Shown here: piece after piece, positions 17,187 to 25,304 of the stretch
Layout of the letters: every line of letters begins with the position of its first letter
Position numbering within the stretch: position 1 is the stretch's first letter
Source: Thermodesulfovibrionia bacterium
GTDB taxonomy: Bacteria; Nitrospirota; Thermodesulfovibrionia; Thermodesulfovibrionales; SM23-35
DNA: 36,333 nt
Assembly (NCBI GenBank): GCA_041478735.1
Contig: JBGOWS010000002.1
Location: forward strand, 1-36,333
Reading direction: 5' to 3'
The notes under the pieces: model-generated
Databases searched by the model: none
The model's input: only the letters and a program-made list of their open reading frames with translations
What the model was told of the DNA's origin: nothing
Program-made: the position numbers and the translations under genes

Positions 17187-18473
17187 TCATACAAAGATGC
17201 TGATCATGCCACTGTTTCCATAAACAGTCGGCAGACTTATTTCTTTTGTTGTCCGGAAAACTTTCATATCTTTCTCTGTATCCTTCAGTTCATTCCTTTT
17301 GTCTCTCAAATTTACTGAAAAACTACCTATGTTAATTCCTTCATTAGTAAGAGTATTTAAAATATTGTTAAGATTCTTCTCAAGCAGGTCCTTCCCGATA
17401 GCTTCCGATGCGTCTATTCTTGCATTAATCATACCTTTATCTAAAATGAGACGGATATCAAGCTTTCCTATACCTTCGGGTTCAAGAGAAATCTCTAATG
17501 AGGTATCATCCTTCTGAGTTATAACGAATCTATTTTCATTGCTAGAGGTAATCCCTGGTGATCCTGTTACACGCTGGCTAACTTTGAGACCATATGGATT
17601 AGTTGTGTTGTCAGCAGATGGAAATATGCCTTCCGGTTTCATATTGACCTCATTTAATGGTATGCCTTTTTCGTGTTCTCTGCTTGTAACCTGATCACCT
17701 TGAGTGAATTTGTCTGAAGGGAGAGAGGATTCGTCAGCGGAAACTGATTTTATCAAATCCTTACCTACCAGAAATTGGATCTTGCTATCAGGTGTCATCG
17801 TTGTACTTTCAAGAGGCGTCATAAATGGACCTTTTTGTAATCCTGCATCAGCCTCTCCCTCGACGTTTGCTGCTTTTGAAGTTGTATAAACCTTTAAGGT
17901 ATGAAAATCCTTAATAACAGAAAAGTTGTCTTGAAAATCTGAGTTGTCATTTTCAATTTCAAAGGGGAAGGCCCCTGAACGGTCATTCTTTGTCGTCAAT
18001 CTGAAGTTACCGTCTTTTTTATGCAGTGTGTAACCTGATGCGGAAAGCACATTACCATCTTTCTCCTGACTTGATTTAGGTTCCGCTGCAGAGAGGGCGT
18101 CGATTGGAGACAAAACAATTGTGTTTGTAGTAGCGCTGTTGGCTTCATCCTGTCCTGCGTGATCTGAATATTGGATTTTAATCAGTCCCGGAAGGGCAGG
18201 GATGTTATTTTGAAATAAAACGTTGGAGGATGCATTGAACAGGGGGAGAGAATTGTTTGATTTGTTGCAAGATTGAGTTTCAGCAGTCTTGTCATCTGTG
18301 TCTTTTTGAGGATTGAATAGAAATGAATTACTCTTGAATGTATTCAATATACTTGTTAGCAGATTATAAAAGAACCCGCCATCAGGTTGAGCCGCATCAG
18401 GCGTCTGAGAATTCAATAAAGCAGATTTTGCATCTATTGTGGTTTCAGGCTCTATCGACATTAATATGTTCAT
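17187..18473 (-). CDS. fliK: Flagellar hook-length control protein FliK
   Basis: This is track ORF 17187..18578 trimmed to ATG 18473 (MNILMSIEPETT...). The 35 upstream codons (MLRRSAPRNDT...) translate an interspersed repeat. The C-terminal FliK-type domain is LEISLEPEGIGKLDIRLILDKGMINARIDASEAIGKDLLEKNLNNILNTLTNEGINIGSFSVNL. Confidence 0.85.
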   Translation of the reverse strand: MNILMSIEPETTIDAKSALLNSQTPDAAQPDGGFFYNLLTSILNTFKSNSFLFNPQKDTDDKTAETQSCNKSNNSLPLFNASSNVLFQNNIPALPGLIKIQYSDHAGQDEANSATTNTIVLSPIDALSAAEPKSSQEKDGNVLSASGYTLHKKDGNFRLTTKNDRSGAFPFEIENDNSDFQDNFSVIKDFHTLKVYTTSKAANVEGEADAGLQKGPFMTPLESTTMTPDSKIQFLVGKDLIKSVSADESSLPSDKFTQGDQVTSREHEKGIPLNEVNMKPEGIFPSADNTTNPYGLKVSQRVTGSPGITSSNENRFVITQKDDTSLEISLEPEGIGKLDIRLILDKGMINARIDASEAIGKDLLEKNLNNILNTLTNEGINIGSFSVNLRDKRNELKDTEKDMKVFRTTKEISLPTVYGNSGMISIFV

Positions 18474-18485
18474 GCTACAGATACT

Positions 18486-18501
18486 ATCAATAAATATGCC
18501 A
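18486..18501 (-). promoter_or_regulatory. Sigma-54-like promoter TGGCAT-N5-TTGAT upstream of fliK
   Basis: The minus strand reads cTGGCATatttaTTGATagtatctgtagcATG. All 11 specified bases are identical to the element in front of flgB (25257..25272). The -12 element is GA rather than the canonical GC. Confidence 0.4.
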
Positions 18502-18546
18502 GGGAGGTGAAATCCGGAAATTATAAACACAAACGCATTAAATAAA

Positions 18547-18698
18547 GTGTCATTGCGAGGAGCGGAGCGACGAAGCAATCTCAGGAGAATGAGCTTGCCA
18601 TGCCCTTTGGGCTCGCAATGACAATGTAAAAGGATTTAGTGGGTTAATTATAGCGCTGATGGTGTTGTTTCGTCGCTAACGCTCCTTGCAGCGACAGG
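18547..18698. repeat. Interspersed palindromic element (gtcattgcgag...ctcgcaatgac type) between the MotE-like gene and fliK
   Basis: A perfect 11-bp inverted repeat lies at 18549..18559 and 18612..18622. A second arm pair is ggagcgacgaagcaa (about 18560-18575) and ttgtttcgtcgct (about 18666-18679). Its translation gives LRRSAPRNDT-type peptides, which I recall being typical of such repeats in anaerobe genome assemblies. Confidence 0.7.
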
Positions 18699-18716
18699 AA
18701 AATGTGGAAAAATTTT

Positions 18717-19277
18717 TCATTCAGTAGGAAATTTTTTCTCAAATCTTGCCAGGCTCTGAGTAATGGAGGCGCCTTTCTTTTCATTCATAAATGTCATCAC
18801 AGCGCCCGCCTTTTTACTCTTCATCCTGCGGATTATCTCTACCGCCGTTGGCTCGTCAAGGGCGGCGAGCTTTGCAGCCGCCTCTTCTGGCGGCATTGCC
18901 TCATAAACCTTAACCACATGTTCAAGTTTACCTTCCTTGATCTGCTCTATCTGTTTCAGCATGTTTTCGAGGTTATTTAAAAGCTTTGTGTATTTCTCAA
19001 TTCTCTCATCAATATCCATTTTAAGGACATGTAGCCTTTTCTCTTCTTTTTCGAGGGCCTCCTCCCGAATCTTTATCTCTCTCTGTTTCTTTTCGATAAA
19101 CTTTATAACGTCATCCTGGGCATAGGCAGGAAAAGTGAAAAGTGAAAAGTGAAAAGTGAAAATAAGCCAGAACACAGAACACAGAAGACAGAAGACAGAA
19201 GGCAGACTTTTGTTATCCCTGTCATCTGTTTTTTGTTCTGACTTCTGACTTCTGGCTTCTGGCTTCTGTGTTTTCAC
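18717..19277 (-). CDS. MotE/YlxF-family flagellar protein (MgtE_N-like C-terminal domain) with an N-terminal signal anchor
   Basis: ORF track, 186 aa. The GTG start overlaps the fliJ stop (GTGA). It occupies the same position as B. subtilis ylxF, between fliJ and fliK. It has a coiled-coil middle region. The C-terminus is VVKVYEAMPPEEAAAKLAALDEPTAVEIIRRMKSKKAGAVMTFM. The N-terminus is a TM segment ending in AYA-Q. Confidence 0.75.
   Translation of the reverse strand: MKTQKPEARSQKSEQKTDDRDNKSLPSVFCLLCSVFWLIFTFHFSLFTFPAYAQDDVIKFIEKKQREIKIREEALEKEEKRLHVLKMDIDERIEKYTKLLNNLENMLKQIEQIKEGKLEHVVKVYEAMPPEEAAAKLAALDEPTAVEIIRRMKSKKAGAVMTFMNEKKGASITQSLARFEKKFPTE
19135..19277. repeat. Heptanucleotide arrays in opposite orientations: (GTGAAAA)x4, (GAACACA)x2, (GAAGACA)x2, GAAGGCA, then (TTCTGAC)x2, (TTCTGGC)x2, TTCTGTG, TTTTCAC
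   Basis: Read directly. The left array is 19135..19204 and the right array is 19236..19277. The last unit contains the GTG start codon of the MotE-like ORF. Confidence 0.9.
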
Positions 19278-19714
19278 CTTCTTGACTTCCTTGAGATGAA
19301 ATTAAAGTCCGCCTCTTTCTGCTCGACCTTTAATATCTTTGCCGTCTCTTCACGGCTGATCTTGTCCCATAGAATTTCAAGGAGACGTTTTTCCTTATAT
19401 GCTTCTAACAATGCCTTTTTTTTCATTTCAAGCTCATCAAGCCCCCTATGAACGATCTCTCTCTGTTTTTCTATTTGTTTGTTCAGATGAGAAAGATAAT
19501 CGTAAAAAAGATCCATTTCACGAATATGGAAAGGTCCGTTATTCTGCCTGCTATTGAAATCTTCAACAGTCTTTCTAAAGGTCTCTTCGAGGCAATCAAA
19601 TCTTGCCTTCTCGCTGCTTAATTTATCATTGGCTTTTTTGACCTCAGCCTCGAGCTGCTCTTTTGTGAAGCCCTTTAGTTCCAGCACCTTCGATACCGCC
19701 CTTTTCCGGGTCAT
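19274..19714 (-). CDS. fliJ: Flagellar export chaperone FliJ
   Basis: ORF track, 146 aa. It is an all-helical, charged, coiled-coil protein. It lies directly after fliI, and its start overlaps the fliI stop by 4 nt. Confidence 0.85.
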   Translation of the reverse strand: MTRKRAVSKVLELKGFTKEQLEAEVKKANDKLSSEKARFDCLEETFRKTVEDFNSRQNNGPFHIREMDLFYDYLSHLNKQIEKQREIVHRGLDELEMKKKALLEAYKEKRLLEILWDKISREETAKILKVEQKEADFNFISRKSRR

Positions 19715-21045
19715 TTAGCCTCCTTCTCATCAAATAAGAAATAAAGCCCCTGAAGACTGTCACCAATATCCTTTCTCTCATGCATTCCCTGTCTCAGATA
19801 ACTCTTTAATCTGTCTATCATGCTTATGGCGTAATCCACTTTGGAATTCGAACCTTCCTTATATGCTCCCAGATTAATCATATCCTCAAACTTCTTGTAT
19901 GTGGCTGAGGTCTCTATAAATTTAGATGCATATTCCCGGTGTTTGGAATCCGCTATGTCTGGCATTACCCTGCTAACGCTGCGCAGTATGTCTATCGAGG
20001 GATAATGATTTTCCATTGCCAGTTCTCTGGATAGAACAATATGCCCGTCAAGGACAGCTCTCGCTGCGTCTGCTACAGGCTCTGACAGGTCGTCTCCTTC
20101 TACCAGAACCGTATAGATGCCGGTGATGCTTCCACTACCTTCAGATGTGCCGACTCTCTCAAGCAGTTTGGGTAAGAGCGCGAAAACTGATGGAGTATAG
20201 CCTTTGGCTGTTGGGGGCTCTCCGATAGCGAGCCCAATCTCGCGCTGGGCCTGGGCAACGCGTGTAAGGGAATCCATCAGGAGGAGCACATCTTCTCCTC
20301 TGTCCCTGAAATATTCTGCAATGGCTGTTGCAGCCAGGGCGCCCCTTACCTTTGCGAGGGGCGGCTGTTCTGATGTGGAAACAACAACTACAGATTTTTC
20401 TATTCCCTCTTCACCGAGCTCCTTCTCTATAAATTCCCTGACCTCTCTTCCCCTTTCGCCAATTAGCGCAATAACATTTACCGAGGCCCCCGTGTACTTT
20501 GCCATCATCCCGAGCAGGACGCTCTTACCTACACCGGAGCCGGCCATGATGCCTATCCTCTGGCCCTTTCCACATGTGAGAAGAGAGTTTATGGCCCTAA
20601 TGCCGAGGTCTATAGGTTCTGAAATCCTGCGCCTTCTCAAAGGATGGGGGGTTGAAGAAAAAAGGGGATAACCAGTTCCTCTGATAGGGCTTTTTCCGTC
20701 AATAGGCTCGCCTCTGTCATTTATTACCCTGCCTCTGAGAAATGGCGATACCTTTATTGATACATTCTTGCCGGCGGGTAGGACCCTGCTGCCCAATCTT
20801 ATACCAGAAAGGTCACCAATGGCCATGAGCATTACCTTTCCATCCCTGAAGCCCACTACCTCTGCATCCACTGAAAAATCATTTTCCGATATTATCCTGC
20901 ATGATTCACCTATTGTCACCTTAATACCTGTTGCCTTGATAATAATTCCTGTAATCTCTACCACCCTGCCATAGACTTTAAGGGGTTCTGTTTCTGATAT
21001 AGCATTTATATAGGCTGATAAGTTAAAGGCTGATCTACGAGTCAT
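19711..21045 (-). CDS. fliI: Flagellum-specific ATPase FliI
   Basis: ORF track, 444 aa. Walker A is MAGSGVGKSVLLG and Walker B is VLLLMDSLTR. The fold is F1/T3SS-ATPase-like. Confidence 0.97.
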   Translation of the reverse strand: MTRRSAFNLSAYINAISETEPLKVYGRVVEITGIIIKATGIKVTIGESCRIISENDFSVDAEVVGFRDGKVMLMAIGDLSGIRLGSRVLPAGKNVSIKVSPFLRGRVINDRGEPIDGKSPIRGTGYPLFSSTPHPLRRRRISEPIDLGIRAINSLLTCGKGQRIGIMAGSGVGKSVLLGMMAKYTGASVNVIALIGERGREVREFIEKELGEEGIEKSVVVVSTSEQPPLAKVRGALAATAIAEYFRDRGEDVLLLMDSLTRVAQAQREIGLAIGEPPTAKGYTPSVFALLPKLLERVGTSEGSGSITGIYTVLVEGDDLSEPVADAARAVLDGHIVLSRELAMENHYPSIDILRSVSRVMPDIADSKHREYASKFIETSATYKKFEDMINLGAYKEGSNSKVDYAISMIDRLKSYLRQGMHERKDIGDSLQGLYFLFDEKEAK

Positions 21046-21707
21046 TGACTAAGTCTCTCACCCATCTCTTTGATTAAATTTTTTAGTTGCTCATCCACAT
21101 CAGTTACCACCTCTTCCAGAGGTCCCATAACCACGGAGCCATAAAGCGGGGCAGTAGGGTCAACATCAAAGACTATATCGGGATGGATACTCTGAATTTC
21201 TGGTTTGTGCTTAACAAAAAGGTCATAAAGGGAGGGATTTATCTTTATGGTAATCTGGCCAGCCCTTTCGAGTCTCATCAGAGCTTCTTTTGTTATTTCA
21301 ACAATCTCATCAGGGTTAATTGTTAACTCTTTCAAGATAATCTTCCTTGCAATGCTGACGGCAAGTTCTACAAGTTGCGGTTCAAGCTCCCTTATCAATT
21401 TCTCCCCGAGGGTTGTAAGTTCTTTGATTATATTCTCCAGCTTTTCAATTAAGACCATTGCCTTTTGTTCTCCCATTGCAAATCCTGCCTTCTCTCCTGC
21501 CTCGGACCCCTTCTCATATGCTTCCCTCTCTATATTCTCAATATTCTGACTCGACGCTAGGGCATCTGCCGGGCACCTATCCATCTTCAGTAAAGGCATA
21601 TCAAAGGGCATAACATCTCTGTCCTTTGTAACTCGACTCTTATACAACAACTTCACCACCCCTGATTGCAAAGATAATCTTGTCCTCTGCTTCCAACTTT
21701 CTTGCAA
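21042..21707 (-). CDS. fliH: Flagellar export protein FliH (start uncertain)
   Basis: ORF track, 221 aa. It lies between fliG and fliI and has an E/K-rich helical N-terminal half (EREAYEKGSEAGEKAGFAMGEQKA). The track start overlaps fliG by 68 nt. Alternative starts are GTG/TTG codons overlapping the fliG stop region (about 21640-21655) and ATG 21611. Confidence 0.85.
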   Translation of the reverse strand: MQESWKQRTRLSLQSGVVKLLYKSRVTKDRDVMPFDMPLLKMDRCPADALASSQNIENIEREAYEKGSEAGEKAGFAMGEQKAMVLIEKLENIIKELTTLGEKLIRELEPQLVELAVSIARKIILKELTINPDEIVEITKEALMRLERAGQITIKINPSLYDLFVKHKPEIQSIHPDIVFDVDPTAPLYGSVVMGPLEEVVTDVDEQLKNLIKEMGERLSQ

Positions 21708-22611
21708 CCTTAAGGATATTCTGCTGCGCCTTCTCTACTTCGGATACCCTGACAGGTCCTTTCGCCTGCATCTCATCCTTGAGTATCTGCGCAGCCCTTT
21801 GAGACATGTTCTTGAAAATCTTTTTCTTCAATGCCTCAGAAACTGTCTTAAGGGCGAGGCCAAGCTCCTCTGTGGTTATCTCGTTCAGTATCATCTGAAT
21901 TCCCCTGTCATCTACCTTAATAAGGTCATCAAATACAAACATAAAATGTCTGATAGAATCTGCAAGTTCCGCGCTTTGCTCCTCAATCGTTTTAAGGATC
22001 ATCTGCTCTGTTGATCTTTCACAATAATTAAGTATTTCAGCAATCGTTTTTATGCCGCTGAATTTTTTCGCCCTGCCCTCGATATCCAGTTGCCCCTTAA
22101 GAACCTCATTGAGTTCTTCAATGGCGTTTTCCGGTATCCTTTCTATTGTGGCTATCCTCATAGCAATATCAAGCTTTAACCCATCTGGCAATAAAGAGAG
22201 AACCGCAACAGCCTTAACAGGATCAAGCAGACAGGTAATAAATGCAGCGGTCTGAGGATGTTCTGTTAGAAGGAGGTTCGCCAGGGTTTTAGAATCAACC
22301 TGTCTGAGGGAATCCAGAAGCCCTTCCTTTGATGCCAGTTCCATTATCTTTGTTGCGCCATATTCACCAAGTCCTTTTGAAAGGACATTCTTAACAAATT
22401 CGTGACCTCTTAAATGCACGACGCCTTTCGATATCATTTCTGAGGCTTCTTTTAGTACATTATCAATTGCGGCGTTGTTGACAGTCTTCACCCTGGTCAT
22501 ATGAGTCGTGATCCTTTCTATATCCCGGGCATTAAGAGCTTTTACCACTTCTGCTGCAGCCTCTTCGCCCATAGAAATCAGGAATATGGCTGCCTTTTCA
22601 TATCCAGTCAA
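21640..22611 (-). CDS. fliG: Flagellar motor switch protein FliG
   Basis: ORF track, 323 aa. The TTG start lies 10 nt after GAGGAG. Motifs are MTGYEKAAIFLISMGEEAAAEVVKAL and the conserved MFVFDDL. Confidence 0.96.
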   Translation of the reverse strand: MTGYEKAAIFLISMGEEAAAEVVKALNARDIERITTHMTRVKTVNNAAIDNVLKEASEMISKGVVHLRGHEFVKNVLSKGLGEYGATKIMELASKEGLLDSLRQVDSKTLANLLLTEHPQTAAFITCLLDPVKAVAVLSLLPDGLKLDIAMRIATIERIPENAIEELNEVLKGQLDIEGRAKKFSGIKTIAEILNYCERSTEQMILKTIEEQSAELADSIRHFMFVFDDLIKVDDRGIQMILNEITTEELGLALKTVSEALKKKIFKNMSQRAAQILKDEMQAKGPVRVSEVEKAQQNILKVARKLEAEDKIIFAIRGGEVVV

Positions 22612-22616
22612 AGGAA

Positions 22617-24149
22617 TTATTTCTCCTCTATCCAGTTCTTTACAAGGTTAACTGCTTCTTTTGGGTTTTTCTGCGCCCATTCAATTACTTGTCTACTCAT
22701 AGGGTTTCCTTGTATATCCAATGCCTTCTCAATCTCTGCAACTGTCTGAGGCAATTGCAAAGGAGTTCGCTGAGTGCCTGCTCCAGCGCTCAAGGACCTT
22801 ATCAGCGGTTTAATTACAAAGATAAACAAAAGAAGCACTGCCAAAAGGGGAACAATGTATTTTGCGGCTGTAAGGACCACCGGCATGATCTCATTTTTAG
22901 GCTCAGGCAGCTCCTCTTGAGGTGTTGCTTCAAAAGGCATATTTACAACCCTTATCTCATCACCCCTGTCTGTCGCAAAACCAACAGCCTTCTTCACCAT
23001 CTCCTCAAACTGTTTGATCTCTTCCTCAGTGCGGGGTGTATATTTCTTCTCTTTTGTACCCTGCTGGGCAGTATAAGTGCCATCCACAAGAACTGCAGCT
23101 GAGACCTTTTTTACCGTCCCTGGAGGGTTTATGACGTGGCTTGTTGTCTTACTTATCTCATAATTTATAATCTCGTTTTTCTTTTCTGTCTGTCCCTGGT
23201 GTGAGGCCGTCTGTGTTGCGGTCTTTCCGTGAAGGTTAGAAGAGACACCAGGCACACCGCCGGTCGTCCCGCTCATTGACTTCTCAACATTTTTCTGTTC
23301 ACTCCTTGTGACCTGGCTATCAGGATCAAATCTCTCCTCTGTTCTTTCGACCTTTGTAAAGTCTATGGTAGCAGTGATTTTCGCTCTTACCCTGGCTTTG
23401 CCCACCACAGGTTCGAGGATGCCTATAATCCTGTTTTCCATATCTTTTTCATAATTACGCTGGTATTCTAACTGATCATTAGTCATACCGAGGGTCTCAC
23501 CGGAAACAGATGTGAGCATCTCACCCCGGTTATCAACTATCGCCACATCCTTTGGGTTCAGTCCCTCAACACTGCTTGACACAAGATGCACTATTCCCTG
23601 AACCTGACTCTGGGATAGCCTCCTCCCCGGCTTTAGTTTCACAAGGACGGATGCCTTTGGCCTTTCCTCTTCTCTTGAAAACAAAGACTTTTCAGGGACT
23701 GCAAGATGTACCCTGCACTGATCCACCTCTAAGAGTGATCTTATGGTTCTTGCGAGTTCACCCTGGAGGGCTCTCCTGTAATTCAATTTTTGAACAAAGT
23801 CCGTCATTGCAAAGTTTGTTTTATCAAAAAGTTCAAAGCCAACGCCCCCACCCTGGGGAAGTCCCTGACTCGCCAACTGCAGCCTGAGTTCATGTACCTT
23901 ATCAGAAGGAGCCATGATGCCTCCTGCAGTTGTCGTATACGGAATTTTTTGCTCCTTCAGCTTCTGGATAATCAAACCTGCATCTTCTTCACTCAGATTG
24001 GAATATAGGATTTGATAATCAGCCTTCTGTAGCCATGCAAACAACAGGATAATGGAGGTTATTACAAGCAGAAGGACGACAAGGAGCATCACCTTATTCT
24101 TTGGAGGCATCGCCTTTATCTGCTCGGTTATGTTAGCAATGGCAGCCAT
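22617..24149 (-). CDS. fliF: Flagellar MS-ring protein FliF
   Basis: ORF track, 510 aa. It has an N-terminal TM segment, YQILYSNLSEEDAGLIIQKLKEQKIPY, and a second TM segment near the C-terminus. Confidence 0.97.
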   Translation of the reverse strand: MAAIANITEQIKAMPPKNKVMLLVVLLLVITSIILLFAWLQKADYQILYSNLSEEDAGLIIQKLKEQKIPYTTTAGGIMAPSDKVHELRLQLASQGLPQGGGVGFELFDKTNFAMTDFVQKLNYRRALQGELARTIRSLLEVDQCRVHLAVPEKSLFSREEERPKASVLVKLKPGRRLSQSQVQGIVHLVSSSVEGLNPKDVAIVDNRGEMLTSVSGETLGMTNDQLEYQRNYEKDMENRIIGILEPVVGKARVRAKITATIDFTKVERTEERFDPDSQVTRSEQKNVEKSMSGTTGGVPGVSSNLHGKTATQTASHQGQTEKKNEIINYEISKTTSHVINPPGTVKKVSAAVLVDGTYTAQQGTKEKKYTPRTEEEIKQFEEMVKKAVGFATDRGDEIRVVNMPFEATPQEELPEPKNEIMPVVLTAAKYIVPLLAVLLLFIFVIKPLIRSLSAGAGTQRTPLQLPQTVAEIEKALDIQGNPMSRQVIEWAQKNPKEAVNLVKNWIEEK

Positions 24150-24457
24150 TAGACCTGCATCCTCATAATCTCTTCATAGGCGCTCAACAGTTTATTCCTT
24201 ATTTCCACCATTAACTGAAAGGACATGTCTGCCTTTTCCATAGAGATAACCGCCTGAGTTACATCTCCACCCGAGGACAGTTCTTTCACTGCCTTTTCAG
24301 CATCGTTCTGTATCTGAGAAATCTTTCCTATAGCCTCCTTCATTATCTCGTCAAAGCCATTGGCTGAAGCCTTACTGTCAGCTTTAATCTGTGAACCCCC
24401 ACCCCCTTTTACTAAAGGGGGGAGAGGGGGATTATTTGTAATCTTTATATCTGACAT
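24149..24457 (-). CDS. fliE: Flagellar hook-basal body protein FliE
   Basis: ORF track, 102 aa. The C-terminus is VISMEKADMSFQLMVEIRNKLLSAYEEIMRMQV. It lies between flgC and fliF. Confidence 0.93.
   Translation of the reverse strand: MSDIKITNNPPLPPLVKGGGGSQIKADSKASANGFDEIMKEAIGKISQIQNDAEKAVKELSSGGDVTQAVISMEKADMSFQLMVEIRNKLLSAYEEIMRMQV
24396..24430. repeat. C-tract/G-tract palindrome embedded in frame in the fliE 5' region
   Basis: cccccaccccc-ttttactaaa-ggggggagaggggg. It is translated on the minus strand as NPPLPPLVKGGGGS. It belongs to the same family as the elements at 11748..11770 and 15139..15159. Confidence 0.7.
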
Positions 24458-24870
24458 TATTGCCTCCCTAATTCAAGGGTTTTCATAAACATTGACTTTG
24501 TCATATTGAATGTTGACACTGAGGCCTCATAGGCCCTGAATGCCATCATCATATTTACCATTTCTTCTATTATGTTTATATTCGGCATCGCCACAAGTCC
24601 ATCCTTATCAGCATCTGGATGGCCTGGATCATAAACCATTTTTTGGGGTGTATTGTCTGTTGCTATTTCGACAACCTTTACTCCCTCGAGTTCTACGGGG
24701 TTTGATTCCAACATCGTTGCAGAAAAGACCACATCCTTTCTCTTATATGGACCGCCTTCTTCAGTCCTTGTAGAATGGACATTCGCCATGTTGGATGCGA
24801 TTACGTTCATCCGCTGCCTCTGAGCATCAAGGGCTGAGGCGCTAACCTCTAATACGATGAAAGAGTTCAT
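24457..24870 (-). CDS. flgC: Flagellar proximal rod protein FlgC
   Basis: ORF track, 137 aa. Motifs are ASALDAQRQRMNVIASNMANVHSTRTEEGGPYKRKDVVF and a C-terminal rod motif. Confidence 0.96.
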   Translation of the reverse strand: MNSFIVLEVSASALDAQRQRMNVIASNMANVHSTRTEEGGPYKRKDVVFSATMLESNPVELEGVKVVEIATDNTPQKMVYDPGHPDADKDGLVAMPNINIIEEMVNMMMAFRAYEASVSTFNMTKSMFMKTLELGRQ

Positions 24871-24872
24871 TT

Positions 24873-25232
24873 TTACCTCCTGAGTGCATTCTTAAACATT
24901 CTTATCTTTGTAGAGAGCATAGAAATCCCTGCCTGGAACAAAATGGAATTCTCTGTCATCTTTGCGACCTCCTTATCTAGCTCAACATTATTTCCATCGG
25001 CCCAGGGTTTTGTCATCTCGATTTCTACCTCCTCTGATAAATTAGAATTGCCGGTTTTTATATGCCCCGGATTTGTTGTTATAAGTTCTATTTCGGCCTC
25101 GAGGGTTTGTTTAAACTTTACATCTTTTGCCTTATAATTTGGCGTATCAGCATTCGCTATATTAGAAGCTATAACTCCATGTCTCCTATTGGTTAAATGT
25201 ATAAGTTGTTCTAAGATATTAAATCCATCCAT
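24873..25232 (-). CDS. flgB: Flagellar proximal rod protein FlgB
   Basis: ORF track, 119 aa. It contains RRHGVIASNIANADTPNYKAKDVKF. It is the first structural gene of the operon and is preceded by a GGGGAGAGGA RBS. Confidence 0.95.
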   Translation of the reverse strand: MDGFNILEQLIHLTNRRHGVIASNIANADTPNYKAKDVKFKQTLEAEIELITTNPGHIKTGNSNLSEEVEIEMTKPWADGNNVELDKEVAKMTENSILFQAGISMLSTKIRMFKNALRR

Positions 25233-25256
25233 TTAGTCCTCTCCCCATAAATACAT

Positions 25257-25272
25257 ATCAATAATCATGCCA
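25257..25272 (-). promoter_or_regulatory. Sigma-54-like promoter TGGCAT-N5-TTGAT upstream of flgB
   Basis: The minus strand reads gaTGGCATgattaTTGATatgtatttatggggagaggactaaATG. The -24 GG and the spacing are correct, but the -12 element is GA rather than GC. It lies directly downstream of a sigma-54 activator gene. Confidence 0.45.
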
Positions 25273-25304
25273 TCATAGCCCGGAACAAATTACTGTAACA
25301 ATAC

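Noticed and set aside
18474-18578. N-terminal extensions offered by the ORF track: fliK to 18578, fliL to 15020, fliQ to 12272, integrase to 32656, Xis to 32299 and the TPR protein to 29565
   Set aside because: These extensions use TTG or GTG starts, run into repeats or promoter-like sequence, or overlap the upstream gene. Internal ATGs give canonical N-termini and, for fliL and fliQ, an RBS or an ATGA coupling overlap.
20204-20671. Long plus-strand ORFs antisense to flagellar genes: 20204..20671 (155 aa), 22689..23102 (137 aa), 3998..4312, 10516..10833, 11427..11747, 12639..12974, 21247..21549 and 23552..23887
   Set aside because: Each is fully contained in a minus-strand gene with clear family motifs. 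Their products are low-complexity and Ser/Leu-rich, as is typical of antisense frames. None has an RBS.
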